A stretch of 64,000 nt of DNA from Candidatus Eiseniibacteriota bacterium (GCA_963725865.1 CAVSAC010000009.1:1-64000); one strand, 5' to 3'; shown: positions 31,106-43,717, counted from the stretch's first letter. Translations and numbers: made by a program. The notes: generated by a model from the letters alone, not told the origin.

Positions 31106-32011
31106 GTGAGCGCCGCCCTGCCGCCCGCGGCGTCGGCTCCCCGGCCGTCGCGCTCGCGCGCCGCGCTGCGCCTGCCGCTGGCGCTGCTGCTGCTCGCCGC
31201 GGTCGCGCTGGTGCTGCTGCGCGTGCACGACGTCGGACGCCCCGCGCCCGCGGCCTCGATGGTGATGGGGCAGGGCCCGACGGTGGTGCTGGTGCACGGG
31301 CTCGGCGGTAGCGCCGGCCACTGGCTGCCGTGCGCGCGGCTGCTGGCGCGCGACCATCGCGTGGTGCTGGTGGACCTGCCCGGCCACGGCGACAGCGCGA
31401 TGCCGGAGCCGTTCTCGCTCGAGCGCGCGGTGCAGGCGCTCGATGGCGTGCTCGAGCAGGAGCGCGGGCCGGTGGTGCTGGTCGGCCACTCGGTCGGCGG
31501 ACTGGTGGCGGCCCAGGAAGCGCTCGACCATCCCGAGCGCGTGCGCGCGCTGGTGCTGGTCGAGACCGCGCTGCGCCCGCAGGTCGAGGGCGCGGAGCGC
31601 GACGCCATGCTGCGCGCGCTCGACCGCGACTACCAGGACGTGCTGCGCACCGCGTACGAGTCGTTCGGGCGCGACTCGGCGCAGGGCCGCATGATGTACG
31701 AGGAGGTGGCGGCGCTCGATCCCGCGCACGTGAAGCCGTGGATCCAGCTCGCGCTCACCCTCAACCTCTCCGAGCGCATGAGCCACCTGCGCGCGCCGCT
31801 GCTGGCGGTGCTGGCCGAGCGCTCGTGGGCGCGGGACGAGGCGTGGGCCGACGCCGCGCGCGCGCTGGGCTACGACCGCGTGCCGGGCGTGGAGCCGGTG
31901 CGCGTCGAGGGCTGCGGGCACTTCGTGATGCTCGACCAGCCGGCACGGCTGGCGGCGCTCATCGCGCGCTTCGCCGCGCGCCCCGGCGAGCAGCCGATCG
32001 CGACGCGCTGA
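31106..32011 (+). CDS. Alpha/beta hydrolase (membrane-anchored or secreted)
   Basis: LVHGLGG, VDLPGHGDS, GHSVGG, CGHFVMLDQP. Confidence 0.9.
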   Translation: MSAALPPAASAPRPSRSRAALRLPLALLLLAAVALVLLRVHDVGRPAPAASMVMGQGPTVVLVHGLGGSAGHWLPCARLLARDHRVVLVDLPGHGDSAMPEPFSLERAVQALDGVLEQERGPVVLVGHSVGGLVAAQEALDHPERVRALVLVETALRPQVEGAERDAMLRALDRDYQDVLRTAYESFGRDSAQGRMMYEEVAALDPAHVKPWIQLALTLNLSERMSHLRAPLLAVLAERSWARDEAWADAARALGYDRVPGVEPVRVEGCGHFVMLDQPARLAALIARFAARPGEQPIATR

Positions 32012-32026
32012 GCCGCGCTCAGCGCA
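31993..32026 (+). repeat. 34-bp direct repeat, left copy
   Basis: GCCGATCGCGACGCGCTGAGCCGCGCTCAGCGCA, identical to 33294-33327. Confidence 0.9.
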
Positions 32027-32254
32027 CGGAGCCCCTGCGGCGCAGCCACGCTCGACCTCCTGGCGTCGCCACCCCGGAACACTGGTCTCCGATCGCCGTG
32101 GCTCGCAGGCATTCGGACTTGTCGCCGGCCCGGTGAGGCGCGCATCTTCGGATGGAGCAGGGAGGAGACCGTCCGCGGGCGTGGGCCGGTCGCGCCCGGG
32201 CTCATCGCGCTCGATCGCCCCTGCGACGACGGTTGTGGCTCTGGAGGCCCGACG

Positions 32255-33262
32255 ATGGGGGTTCACTCCGCGGATAGGTCGATACCCGCGAGCCGGCGTC
32301 ACACCGCGCTCGCAGGGCTGATGGCGATTGCCATGATCGGGCTCGGTGCCTCACCCGGCCGTCCGCTCGCGATGTCGGTCTACGAACCCTCTCCGTCCGA
32401 CACAGCCAGTTGGAACGCCATTCGGTTCCGCAAGGAAGCCCCGCTCGTCGAAGAGGTCGCCGCCTCGGATGTCTGTGTCTCGGGGACCATCATCGCGGTC
32501 GGGAGGATCAGACTGCCGAGCTCTTGCGAGAGGAGCGATGTGGAGGGCCTCAGCTTCTCCTATGCACATATCGCCGTGGACAGCGTCCTGGTCGGTGTCA
32601 TCGATTCCGAGACCCTGACCATCTATGGCTATCTGGCGCTGCCGATCTCCAATTCGCTGAAGCGTGGCCAGCAGGTGGTCGGCTGGGGCAGTCTGGCGTG
32701 CAACAAGGGAGGCGATGTCATCGGACAGGTCCTTGCAGCGGACGACGCGACCGGGTTCGTGGACGTCGCCGCCTCTCGACGATCGCGCGTGAGGCCCCCC
32801 CTGAGCTCCGCCGCTCCAGCACCCTGTACGGTGGCGGAGTTGCGGGCGCAGGTACGCGCTCGAGCGCCACTGGATCTCGCCGGAATCCTGGAGGCACGCA
32901 GGCCACTGGCCCTGATGACCGTGATGGGGCGCCGAAGACTGTCCTCCGTCCGTTGGCGATACACCTTGAGCTTCGTCAGCTGGCTGAGACCTGGCCCGAC
33001 CATGCCGCCGCAGGAGATCGAGTTCAGGCAGACGCCGTTCTGTATCCACCCTCCGGACATCGGCGACATGATGATCGTGCCTGGCTCGGACGATGGGAGT
33101 GGATTCCCACGTGACTGCGAGATCGCCCCGTCACAGCTTCGCGTCCATGACGACATCGCACCATCCGTAGGCCTGAAGCTCGCCAGACTCCAGCAGCCCG
33201 GGGCGCTCGATGACTTTCACGTGCGACTCAGCACGCGGCGTCTGGCGGGTTTGGCGAAGTGA
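32255..33262 (+). CDS. Hypothetical secreted protein (islet cargo)
   Basis: Intact 335-aa ORF, GGAGG RBS, hydrophobic N-terminal segment, six Cys. Confidence 0.6.
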   Translation: MGVHSADRSIPASRRHTALAGLMAIAMIGLGASPGRPLAMSVYEPSPSDTASWNAIRFRKEAPLVEEVAASDVCVSGTIIAVGRIRLPSSCERSDVEGLSFSYAHIAVDSVLVGVIDSETLTIYGYLALPISNSLKRGQQVVGWGSLACNKGGDVIGQVLAADDATGFVDVAASRRSRVRPPLSSAAPAPCTVAELRAQVRARAPLDLAGILEARRPLALMTVMGRRRLSSVRWRYTLSFVSWLRPGPTMPPQEIEFRQTPFCIHPPDIGDMMIVPGSDDGSGFPRDCEIAPSQLRVHDDIAPSVGLKLARLQQPGALDDFHVRLSTRRLAGLAK

Positions 33263-33293
33263 GCACACTCGATGAGGATCACGGGCGCGGCGG

Positions 33294-33327
33294 GCCGATC
33301 GCGACGCGCTGAGCCGCGCTCAGCGCA
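33294..33327 (+). repeat. 34-bp direct repeat, right copy
   Basis: Identical to 31993-32026. Confidence 0.9.
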
Positions 33328-33874
33328 GCGGCGGGGTCGAGTCCGGCGTCATCCCCATCGAGCGCATGCGCGCCAGGGTCGCGGCCTGGGTCAGCCACTG
33401 CACCGTGGCATCGCGGCCGCGATAGCCGCTGGTGCTCTCGAAGCGCGCGCGACCCGGCACCGCCACCACCAGCGTGGGGAAGCCGGTGATGCCGTAGGCG
33501 CGCTGGAGCGAGTCGACCTCGGCCGGGTTGCGGCCGTCCTCGCGCTGGCGGTCGGTGACCCGCACCGGCACGAACTGGCGCTCGATCGCCTGCGCCAGCG
33601 CCGGATCGGCGAACACCTCGGCCTGCATCGCCTGGCACGGCCCGCACCACTCGGCGCTGAAGTCGTAGAGCACCGGCCGGCCGCTGCGTCGGGCCTCGGC
33701 TTCGGCCTGAGCGAGGCCCACCCACGCCACGCGGTCCACGGTCTCCGGGGTGTGGGTGGCGTCCCACACCCCGAGCGCGACGCGGGCGAGCAGCAGCAGC
33801 GCGGCCGCCGCCAGCAGCAGCCGCGGCAGGGCACGGCTCGGACCGGAGAGCGGCGCCGCGTCAGCCGGCGGCAT
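33320..33874 (-). CDS. Membrane-anchored thioredoxin family protein
   Basis: [24 protein letters not shown]. Confidence 0.85.
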   Translation of the reverse strand: MPPADAAPLSGPSRALPRLLLAAAALLLLARVALGVWDATHTPETVDRVAWVGLAQAEAEARRSGRPVLYDFSAEWCGPCQAMQAEVFADPALAQAIERQFVPVRVTDRQREDGRNPAEVDSLQRAYGITGFPTLVVAVPGRARFESTSGYRGRDATVQWLTQAATLARMRSMGMTPDSTPPLR

Positions 33875-34566
33875 ACGAGAGCTCCTTGCGGTTCACCGCC
33901 CAGATCGCGACCACCAGACAGAGCGTCACGGTCGACAGGTACGAGACCACGTCGAACCAGGGGATCGCTCCGCCCGCGAGCAACGGGCCGGGGTCGAGCG
34001 AGGCGTCGACGAATCGCTGCACCTCGACGCCGCAGCGCTCGAGCCAGGCGAGGTGCCTGGCGGCACCGACGCTGCTGAGCAGCGCCCCCCCGATGTAGGC
34101 GAGCAGGTACACGCCGACGTCGCCGAGGCCGGGGGCGAGCGACGAGAACATCACCAGCACCGAGGTCAGGCCGAACACCGCGAGCGCGCCCTCGAGCGCC
34201 TTGATCCCCATCAGCGCCACGGTCACGTCGCCGTGGCGCAGCAGCGCGATGGCGGAGCCCGCCAGCACCTGGAGCACACACATCGCGGTGGCGAGCGAGC
34301 CGGCCGCGAACCAGCGCGACGTCACGTACTCCCGCGACGCAGCGGACGCCCGAACGCCAGCGTCAGCACGCCGCTCGAGACGTCCTGGCCGATCAGGCCG
34401 GCGGCGCACACGAACCCGAACACCCCCATGGTGTTCTTGCCGAGCATCGCGATGGAGCCCGCCAGCAGCACCGGCATCAGGCCGAAGGAGAGGAACACCA
34501 GCGCGATCACCATGCGCATCGGGCTCGTGAGCCGCTGGCGCCAGAACGCGGTGACGAGCGTGGCGT

Positions 34567-34570
<4 letters not shown>
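33861..34570 (-). CDS. ABC-2 type transporter permease (frameshift near 34340)
   Basis: [12 protein letters not shown]...[17 protein letters not shown]; follows the ABC ATPase gene. Confidence 0.7.
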
Positions 34571-35513
<943 letters not shown>

Positions 35514-35562
35514 GTTCCCCCTCGTCTCCGCGCGGCACCTGTCGCGCCCGCGGGGGGCGAGA

Positions 35563-36858
35563 CTAGCGGCTCGCGAGCTCCTTCGCCACCACCCCGCCCT
35601 TCATCACCCATGCCACGCGCTCCAGCTCGGTGATGTCCTCGAGCGGGTCGCCGGTCACCGCGACGAGGTCGGCGAAGTGCCCGGGCGCGATCGCGCCCAC
35701 CCGGTCGGACCAGTCCATGAGCTCGGCGGCGCCGGTGGTGGCGGTCTGGATCGCCTGCATCGGGGTCATGCCCTCGCGCACGTAGATCGCGAACTCGCGG
35801 GTCTGGGTGCCGTGCGGAAACACCCCGGCGTCGGTGCCGAAGGCGATCCTCACACCCTCGCGCAGCGCGGTGCGGAACGCGCCGTGCATGACGCCGCGGA
35901 CGGCGCGCGCCTTGGCGAGGCTCTCCTCCTGGATGTGCAGCGGGTTGCCCTCGGCGAGGATGGGCTCGACGACGTAGAGCGTGGGCACGTACCAGGTGCC
36001 GTTCTTCTTCAGCACCCGCGCGACCTCCGCATCCATGTAGGTGGCGTGCTCGACCGAGCGCACGCCCGCCTCGCTCGCCCAGATCATGCCCTCCTTGCCG
36101 TGGCAGTGCGCCGCGACGTGGCGCCCGAGGCGCTCGGCCTCCTCGACCGCAACCCGCATCTCGTCGCGTGAGTACATCGTGTGGCGCGGGTCGTCGCCGG
36201 CCGACAGCACGCCGCCGGTGGCGAGGATCTTGATGACGTCGGCGCCCTGCTGGACGTCGAAGCGCACCTGCTTGCGCACCTCGTCGACGCCGTCGGCGAC
36301 CCCGCTGTGCAGGTCGCTGCACCAGTGGTAGTCGAGCGCGTTGGTGGGGTCACCGTGGCCGCCGGTCATCGACAGCGACCAGGTCGCCACCTGCATGCGC
36401 GGGCCCTCGATCTCTCCGGCCTTGATCGCGTCGCGCAGCGCCACGTCGACCAGCTCGCGGCCGCCGACGTCGCGGACCGTGGTGAAGCCCGCCATGAGCG
36501 TGGCGCGGCAGTTGTTCACCCCGGTGACCGCGGCGCGCGCGGCGCTCGACTTGTAGCGCTCGGCGAGCGACAGACCGGGCTGCGCCGAGAGGTGGGTGTG
36601 GGCGTCGATCAGCCCCGGCAGCAGCGTGGCGCCGCCGAGCTCGACCACCTCCAGCCCCGCGGGAGCGCGGTCGCGCACCTCGGCGATGGTGTCGCCCGCG
36701 ACCACCACCCACACTTCGCCGCGCGCCGCGCCGGCGCGGGCGTCGATCCAGTGCGCGGCGTGCACGGCGAAGCTGCGGGCGGCGGCGGCTCGCGCCGCGG
36801 GCGCGGCGAGCGCGAGCAGCGCGAGGGCGAGGGTGAGCGCGGAGCGACGATGGCGCAT
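35563..36858 (-). CDS. Secreted metal-dependent amidohydrolase (prolidase-like subgroup)
   Basis: [47 protein letters not shown]. Confidence 0.9.
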   Translation of the reverse strand: MRHRRSALTLALALLALAAPAARAAAARSFAVHAAHWIDARAGAARGEVWVVVAGDTIAEVRDRAPAGLEVVELGGATLLPGLIDAHTHLSAQPGLSLAERYKSSAARAAVTGVNNCRATLMAGFTTVRDVGGRELVDVALRDAIKAGEIEGPRMQVATWSLSMTGGHGDPTNALDYHWCSDLHSGVADGVDEVRKQVRFDVQQGADVIKILATGGVLSAGDDPRHTMYSRDEMRVAVEEAERLGRHVAAHCHGKEGMIWASEAGVRSVEHATYMDAEVARVLKKNGTWYVPTLYVVEPILAEGNPLHIQEESLAKARAVRGVMHGAFRTALREGVRIAFGTDAGVFPHGTQTREFAIYVREGMTPMQAIQTATTGAAELMDWSDRVGAIAPGHFADLVAVTGDPLEDITELERVAWVMKGGVVAKELASR

Positions 36859-37030
36859 GGCGGGACCTCCGTGGGGGAGAAAGCGGCACGATGCGCGGCA
36901 CCGTGACAGAGGGCGGGAGCGGCGGGCAATGACGAAATGACGCGCGCGGCGCAGCGGTGAAGGGCGGCGATGCCCCCGACGGATCCGCGCGGCGGCGCCA
37001 CCCGCGCCGCTGCCGCGTGCGGCGGCGCGC

Positions 37031-38834
37031 TCAGCCGCGGCGGAAGTACGCCAGCAGCCCGCCCGGGCTCTGCGCGCGCGCCAGCGCCAGGGTGACGCGG
37101 GGCAGCGCCAGCGGCTCGGGGTAGACCAGGAAGCGGTCTTCGAACGCCGGCGCGAACTTGCGCTTCCAGCGGAACAGGTTCTTGAAGTCGTAGAAGCGCG
37201 ACAGGTGCTCCATCAGGAACTCGCGCGCCCGGTCGGCGCTGGTGGGCGCGGGCCCGGCGGCCGCGCCGCGCGGTCGTGGGGCGTTCCGGGGCAGCGGCGA
37301 GGCCGCGGCCTCGGCGTCGGCGGTGGCGGCGTCGGCCGCCTCGGGCGTGAGCGGCGGGTCCTCGACGCTCACCAGCGCCGAGAGCGACAGCGACAGCAGC
37401 GCATCGCCACGCCCGCGTGCCGCCTCGAGCGAGCGCACCACCAGGAACTCCATCACCCCGGTGACCGAGTCCGAACGGCGTCGCATCAGGTCCAGCGCCC
37501 AGCCGCGGCGCGCCGGGATCGGCACCCAGGTCATGAAGCCCTCGACGCGCTTCTTCTCGGTGTGCCACGCCACCGCGAGCGGGGTCTCGTGCAGGTGGGC
37601 GGGCTCGAAGCGCCCCATGCAGAAGCCCTTCTCGCCGCCGTGGCGCGTGCGCACCCACTCATTGGAGATCTCGCGCATCTGCTCGAGCAGCCCGTCGGGG
37701 TCGTGCTGTGGATCGAACGGCGTGGCGTCGGGGAAGAACAGCCGCGCCTCGACCCCGGCGCTCTCGACCCGGCGCACCGCGCGGCGGATCTCGCCCATGG
37801 TCGAGCCCTCGAGCGTGAAGCGCTCGATCCACAGCACCGGGTCCTCGCCGATGTGCACGGCGCGCCAGCCCAGCGCCTGGTACATCGGCAGGCGCTCGGG
37901 GCGCGCCTGGTAGAACGCGAACTGCCAGTCGCGCTAGCGGCAGTGGCGCTCGAACGCCTCGAGCAGCGCCGGCCACTCGTCGTCGGGGCCGATCGGGTCG
38001 CCGACCGCGAGCAGCGTGTCGGACTCGAATCGGTACGCGATCACCGCGCGCTGGTTGGCGCTGAAGAAGTAGTCGATGGTCGGCCCGAGCGCGAACGCCG
38101 CCACGGTGCTGTCGCCGTGCGCGCGGACCAGCTCCGCGACCCGCCGCGCCTCGGCGCCGTGGCGGCTGCGGTGCGCCGCCGGGCGCAGCGCCAGGATCGC
38201 GAGCGCCACCAGCAGCCATAGGCCGAGCACCGGGAGCGACTCGAGGAACCACTCCACGATGCGTGCCTCGGGCGGCGTCAGCGTGCGCGACAGCACCAGT
38301 GCCGGTCCGCCGATGCCGAACAGGCGGTAGCCGGCCTCGGCGAAGGCGCGGCGCAGCGAGGCGTCGGGACCGAACACGCCTTCGACGATCCAGCACCCGA
38401 GGACGGCGTAGGCGACCAGCCCCAGCACCGCCGTCGTGCCCCACGAGCGCAGCGCGCGGAGCGTGAGCGCGCGGCTCCTGCACGTGGAACGCCTCGCCGC
38501 TCACGCCCAGCGCGAACAGCAGCGCCGCGGCGATCGAGGCCTCCTCGACGTCGAGGGCCTTGAGGACGTTCACCGGCACCGACAGCGCGCACAGGAAGAT
38601 CGCCGCCACGAACGCGCGCCGCTTGCCGCGGCGCAGACCCCACGCGGTCACCAGCAGCAGCCCGCCGGCGAGGAGCGTGAACGTGCGACTGGTGTCGAGG
38701 ACGTCGGTGGGGACGAGATGGACGATCGCGACCAGGCGCTCGGGCGGGTGGGAGAGCAGGGCCGAGAGCAGGTCCACCAGCCCCATGGCGGCGACGGCGA
38801 TGGAGAGGACGATCCGGACCAGGGTGGTTCGCAT
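37031..38834 (-). CDS. MprF-like aminoacyl-phosphatidylglycerol synthase (DUF2156); one frameshift near 38478 and an in-frame TAG at 37934
   Basis: GLRRGKRRAF TM region, AVGDPIG, IGEDPV, GEKGFCMG, LDLMRR, GVMEFL, FYDFKNLFRWKRKF.P.FEDRFLVY. Confidence 0.85.
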
Positions 38835-38883
38835 GTCGCCGCAGCCTAGCACCGGCGCGCGCGCGCGACCACGCGCCGGGCAA

Positions 38884-38913
38884 TGAGAAGGCCCCGGCGC
38901 GTGCGCCGGGGCC
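38884..38913 (-). terminator. Probable intrinsic terminator after the HU gene
   Basis: Stem GGCCCCGGCGC/GCGCCGGGGCC followed by TTCTCA on the minus strand. Confidence 0.55.
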
Positions 38914-38934
38914 CGCGTGCTGCGGTGGTGCGAT

Positions 38935-39218
38935 CTACTTCAGCACGCTGTCCTTCATCGCCTTCGCGATGCGGAACTTCAGCACGCGCTTGGCGGCGAT
39001 CTTGATGGCCTCGCCCGTCTGCGGGTTGCGGCCCATGCGCGCCTTGCGGTTCACGATGACGAGCTTGCCGACGCCCGGGAACACGAAGCCGTTCTTCGCC
39101 TGCTTCGCCGCGAGCGTCGCCAGCTCCATCGAGGATCTCGCGTGCTCTGCTTCTTGCTGAGCTCGAACTTGTTCGCGATGTGGCCGGCGATCTGGGTCTT
39201 CGTCATCATCTTCGCCAT
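38935..39218 (-). CDS. hup: HU family DNA-binding protein (frameshift near 39135)
   Basis: MTKTQI...FPGVGKLV..RKARMGRNPQTGEAIKIAAKRVLKFR. Confidence 0.9.
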
Positions 39219-39480
39219 GGGGATCCTTCCTCTCTTGATGAAGCGTACGATGCTGCAAATCGGACGGGCGCGAGTCGCGCGCCCTAGCCGGACGTGGGTA
39301 TAGCAGCGCGAGCCGCGATTTCAAAGGGAAAATCGGCAGGGGGATCGATTTCGCGCCCGTCTGGCGCGGTCGGAAACGACGCAACATTCGGGCCGCGGCT
39401 GGCGCGGTCGAAACGGGGTCGGTCGCCGGGGCGGGCGCGAGGCCTCGCGGAGGCGCGTCGCGCGCCCGCGCGACGCGCGC

Positions 39481-42122
39481 TCAGTCGGCGAGGACGACCC
39501 GCCGCGTCGCGCGTCGCGCCGCTCGCGCGCGCGCGGACGAAGTAGACGCCGGCGCGCGCCGCGGCGCCCGCGCGCGTCGCGCGCGTCCCACGCGATCGCG
39601 TGCGGCCCGCGCCGCGAGCGCGCCGCGCGCAGCGTCGCGACGCGGCGGCCAGCGGCGTCGAAGACCGCGACTTCGACGCGTTCGCTTGCGACGGAAGGTC
39701 GAGCGACAGCCGCACGCGCCTCGCGCGCGGGATTCGGCCACGGCGCCGACAGCGCGAGGCGCGCCGGAGCGGCGCCGGCGCCGACCGCGAGCGGCAGTCG
39801 CGCCGAGGTCGAGCTTCCACGCCGAGCGGCCGTGGGTGAACGCGAAGAGCTGCCGCGTCACCGGCGTGCAGCGTCGAGGTCGGCGATCCGACCTGGAGCG
39901 GCAGCCCGACGCCCAGCGGGAACCAGGCCCGCGCCCGGTTCCGGGTCCAGACGCCCGATGTCGGTGGCCAGGTAGAGAGCGTTGCGGGTCGGCCGGGTCC
40001 AGACCAGGTCGTTGGCGGGCACGTCGGGCAGGTTGCCCGCGATCGTTGGTCCAGTCGAACCGCGGTCGACGCTGCGGAAGACGAGCGGCGCCGTGCTCGT
40101 CGGAGGTGAAGCCCGAGTGCGTCACGTAGACGCGTGGGCGGGTTCACCGGATCGGCGGTCACGCGCGGTGACCCAGCGCCGCGGCAGCCCGGCCGAGATG
40201 TCGTCCCACGAGCCGCCGGCGTTCGGCGAGCGCCACACCTTGCCGTCGTCGGTGCCGGCGTAGTAGACGTGGGGGTCCACGGGCGAGATCGCCAGCGTCG
40301 TGATGGTGCCGTAGATGCAGCAGCGCGACCGGGTTGGTGCGTCAGGTCGCCGCTCGACTTGCGCCCAGGTGTCGCCGTTGTCGGTGCTCTTGTAGACGTA
40401 CTGGCTGCCCGCGAGCAGCATGTTGTGGTTGCGCGGGTCCATGCACGATCGGCGTGCTCCAGCCGAAGCGGTCGGCGACGTTACACCCAGCCGGCACGTG
40501 CGAACGACCGCGCCGCCGTTGGTCGAGCGCCGGAAGCCGGTGCTGCTCGCAGCAGTACTGCCACTCGGTGAAGACGACGTTCGGGTTGACGGGTCCACCA
40601 GTGCAGTAGAAGCCGTCGCCGCCCAGGATCGCGAACCAGCCGCCAGGGCCCGGGCGGTCTTGAGCGTGCTGTTGTCCTGCGTGCCGCCGAGGATCCTCGC
40701 CGGCGTTCGGCGGGTCCACCTCGCCGGCGTAGAACTGCGAGATGGGCAGGTCGAGCGACTTTGTCCACGTGCTGCCGTCGTTCGTCGCAGTAGAAGCCCG
40801 CCGTCGTTGCCGACAGGTAGACGCGACCGAGGTCGAGCGGGTCGACCCAGAGCGCGTGCTGGTCGACGTGCGTCGGCCGCCGGTGACGTCGCCCAGCGTC
40901 GACGCCGCCGTCGATCGAGCTGCAGCAGCGACACGCCGCAGCGCGTAGACGTGGTCGGCGTTGAGCGGGTCACCACGACGTCGCCGAAGTACCAGACGAA
41001 GCCGCCGAATGCATTGCCGGTGAATGCTGCCCACGTCGCGCCTCGCCCACGTCGTCGCCGCCGTCGGTGCTGCGGTACAGCCCGAGCCCGACGTAGCCGC
41101 TGATCGCGCCCGTCGCCGATCTGCGCGTAGAGCGTGCGACGGCCGCGAGGCGCGCGACCGCGAGCGCGATGCGGCCGACGTCGTCGCGCGGCACGGCGGC
41201 AGGCCGCCGATGATCCGCGTCCAGGTGGCGCCGCGGTCGATGCTGCGCCAGATGCCGCAGTCGGGGCCGAGCGCGCGCCGGTACGGTGGCGCCGCACGCG
41301 CTCCCACGTCGCGCAGAACATCGTGTCGGGGTGCACCGGGTTGATCACGACGTCGGACACGCCGGTGCTGTCGTTCACGAACAGCACCTTGGTCCAGGTC
41401 GTGCCGCCGTCGAGCGTGCGGTAGAGGCCGCGGTCGGGGCCGGTCGAGAACTGCCTTCCCATCGCCGCCACCAGCACGTGCATGGGATCGGCCGGGTCCA
41501 CCGACGACGCGCGCGATGCGCCCGGTCGCGGCGAGCCCGAGCGAGCTCGCCACGTGGCGCCGCCGTCGCGTCGAGCGCCAGAGCCCGTTGCCGTCGTAGG
41601 AGTCCACCGAGCCGTTCGACTCGCCGGTGCCGACGTAGAGCGATCGAGAGGGTTCGACGGGTCCACCGCGATCGCGCCGATCGAGAAGTCGCCGACCGAG
41701 TCGAAGATCGGGGTCCAGTTCGTGCCCGAGTTCACCGAGCGGAACACCCCGCCGTTCGCCGAGGCCAGGTAGACCACCCCGCCGCCCGGCGCCGACGCCA
41801 GCGCGGTGACGCGCCCGCCGATGTTGAACGGTCCCGCCTGCTGCCAGGTGAGCGGCGCCGCGCTCACCGACAGGCTCGCCAGCGCGCGGTCGAGCCGGCC
41901 CTGCTCCATCGCCGCGACCACCTTGTCCTGCGGGATGGTCGGGAACGGGAACGCGCGCTGCATCCCGAACCAGTCGCTCGGATACGGGCCGCCGTCGCGC
42001 TCGCCGCCCCCGCGCTCCGCGCGGGCGCGGTCGAGCGCGGGGGCGTGCGGGTGGATCAGGAGGAAGGGGAGGGCGAGGCAGGTCAGGGCGAGGAGCGACA
42101 GGACGATGGGACGCAGGCGCAT
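39481..42122 (-). CDS. Secreted BNR/VPS10-like beta-propeller protein with a C-terminal FlgD-Ig/T9SS-like domain (heavily frameshifted)
   Basis: GPFNIGGRVTAL, repeated S/T-x-D/N-GG-x-T/S-W Asp-boxes, GGTQDN, GGDGF, FTHGRSAW, C-terminal AGVYFVRA. Confidence 0.75.
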
Positions 42123-42307
42123 GGATGGCTCCGGGATATGCCGCGGTCAGGACGCCCATGAGTCTAGGGTGCGCCGCCTACCCAGGCAATGCCTGCCCGC
42201 GCCCGGGCCGGCGCCAGCGGCCCCGCCGCGCCCGGCGTTCGGCTATGCTGCACCCGAGCGAGTCCCTGGACCCCCCGGATCCGGACCGTCGCCTGGAGGT
42301 GGCTGCC

Positions 42308-42505
42308 ATGATGAAGAACATCGGCGGCATCGATCGGTTGCTGCGCGCGATCGGGGGCGTGATCGCGATCTCCCTCGGTCTCTACCTCAAGACGTGGTGG
42401 GGTCTGATCGGCGTGCCGCTGCTGCTCACCGCGGCGATCGGCTGGTGCCCCGCCTATCTGCCGTTCCGCTTCTCGACCCGCGACACCAAGCCCGGGCCCC
42501 GCTGA
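42308..42505 (+). CDS. DUF2892 (YgaP-like) small membrane protein
   Basis: KNIGGIDRLLR...LLTAAIGWCPAY; GGAGG RBS. Confidence 0.85.
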   Translation: MMKNIGGIDRLLRAIGGVIAISLGLYLKTWWGLIGVPLLLTAAIGWCPAYLPFRFSTRDTKPGPR

Positions 42506-42514
42506 GGCGCGGGC

Positions 42515-43717
42515 TCAGCGCGGGGGTGGCGGCGCGGCCGCCGGCGCCGCGTCGAGCTGGGCCAGCATCGGCAGCGTCGCGGCGAAGCCCCGCGAGCGCT
42601 CGGCGATCTGCGCCAGCGCCGCCGCGCGCTCGTCGCCCTCGAGCGGCACCGGACGGAACGGGTCGTCGGGCCAGCGGGTGTAGCGCAGCGGGATGACCTC
42701 GGCGGCGCTGACGCCGTCGCGGGACACGGTGAAGCGCGCCAGCCCCGAGAACGGGTCGCTGGGGTCCTTGATGCCGCCGTAGACGAAGTTGCCGAGCGAA
42801 TGGTAGAGGGGTGCGCCCCGGTACCACTCCACGCCCTGGAAGCGATGCGGATGGGCGCCCAGCACGGCCTTGGCACCCAGGTCGACGCAGGTATGCGCGA
42901 GCTCCACCTGGTAGTCGCGCACCGCGTACGAGCCCTCCTTGCCCCAGTGGAAGAACGGGATCGCCACGTCGACCTGCGCCACCAGGCGCGCGACGTCCTC
43001 GCGCACCATGGCGCGGATGCAGTCCAGGTCGGTGTAGCAGCCCGCCACGCCCGCGGTCCAGCGCGTGGCGTAGAGCTCCTTGGGCTCGAACATGTCCTCG
43101 GCGATCTGGAAGTACCATCCGACGAAGCCCACCCGCACGCCGTTGCGCTCGACGATGCACGGCACGCGCGCCGCGTCCATGCTCGGCCCGGCGCCGAAGT
43201 GGGCGATCCCGGCGCCGTCGAGGGTGGCGAGCGTGTCGGCGACGCCCACGTGCCCGTAGTCCTTGAGGTGGTTGTTGGCGCACGACACCACGTCGACTCC
43301 GCCCTGGCGCAGCACCTCCACCAGCTCGGGCCGCGCGCGGAAGTTGAAGTTCTTGTGCACCCGGGTGCCGCGGTCGGTGAATGGGCACTCGAGGTTCACC
43401 ACCGCAAGGTCGGCGGGCTCCAGCAGCGCGTGCACCCCCGAGAAGTAGCGCGCCTCGAGCTCGGCGCGCGGGGCGCCCTCCGCGAGCAGGCGGTCGAAGT
43501 GCGCCTGCAGGTTGTAGCCGAGCGTGGTGTCGCCGCCGGCGACCACGGTGATCGCGGGGCCACCCGCGGCGCGCGTGCCCGCCGAGTCGGCGGGCGCGGG
43601 CGTGGCGAGCGAGTCCGCAGGCGCCTGAGCGGCGGCGCGGCGGGCCAGCGCGGAAGTGCCGAGGGCGAGTCCGGCGAGGGTCGCGGCGCCGCCGCGGAGG
43701 AAGGTCCGTCGCTTCAT
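42515..43717 (-). CDS. CapA family (PGA_cap) metallophosphatase, Tat-exported
   Basis: KRRTFL signal, GGD, VNLECP, ANNHLKDYG, HWGKE, GAHPH, SLGNFVY. Confidence 0.9.
   Translation of the reverse strand: MKRRTFLRGGAATLAGLALGTSALARRAAAQAPADSLATPAPADSAGTRAAGGPAITVVAGGDTTLGYNLQAHFDRLLAEGAPRAELEARYFSGVHALLEPADLAVVNLECPFTDRGTRVHKNFNFRARPELVEVLRQGGVDVVSCANNHLKDYGHVGVADTLATLDGAGIAHFGAGPSMDAARVPCIVERNGVRVGFVGWYFQIAEDMFEPKELYATRWTAGVAGCYTDLDCIRAMVREDVARLVAQVDVAIPFFHWGKEGSYAVRDYQVELAHTCVDLGAKAVLGAHPHRFQGVEWYRGAPLYHSLGNFVYGGIKDPSDPFSGLARFTVSRDGVSAAEVIPLRYTRWPDDPFRPVPLEGDERAAALAQIAERSRGFAATLPMLAQLDAAPAAAPPPPR

Larger units (their letters stand above)
31993..33327. mobile_element. Small acquired islet (~1.3 kb) bounded by 34-bp direct repeats; no mobility gene
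   Basis: Perfect flanking duplication, visibly lower GC and atypical codon use inside. Confidence 0.6.
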
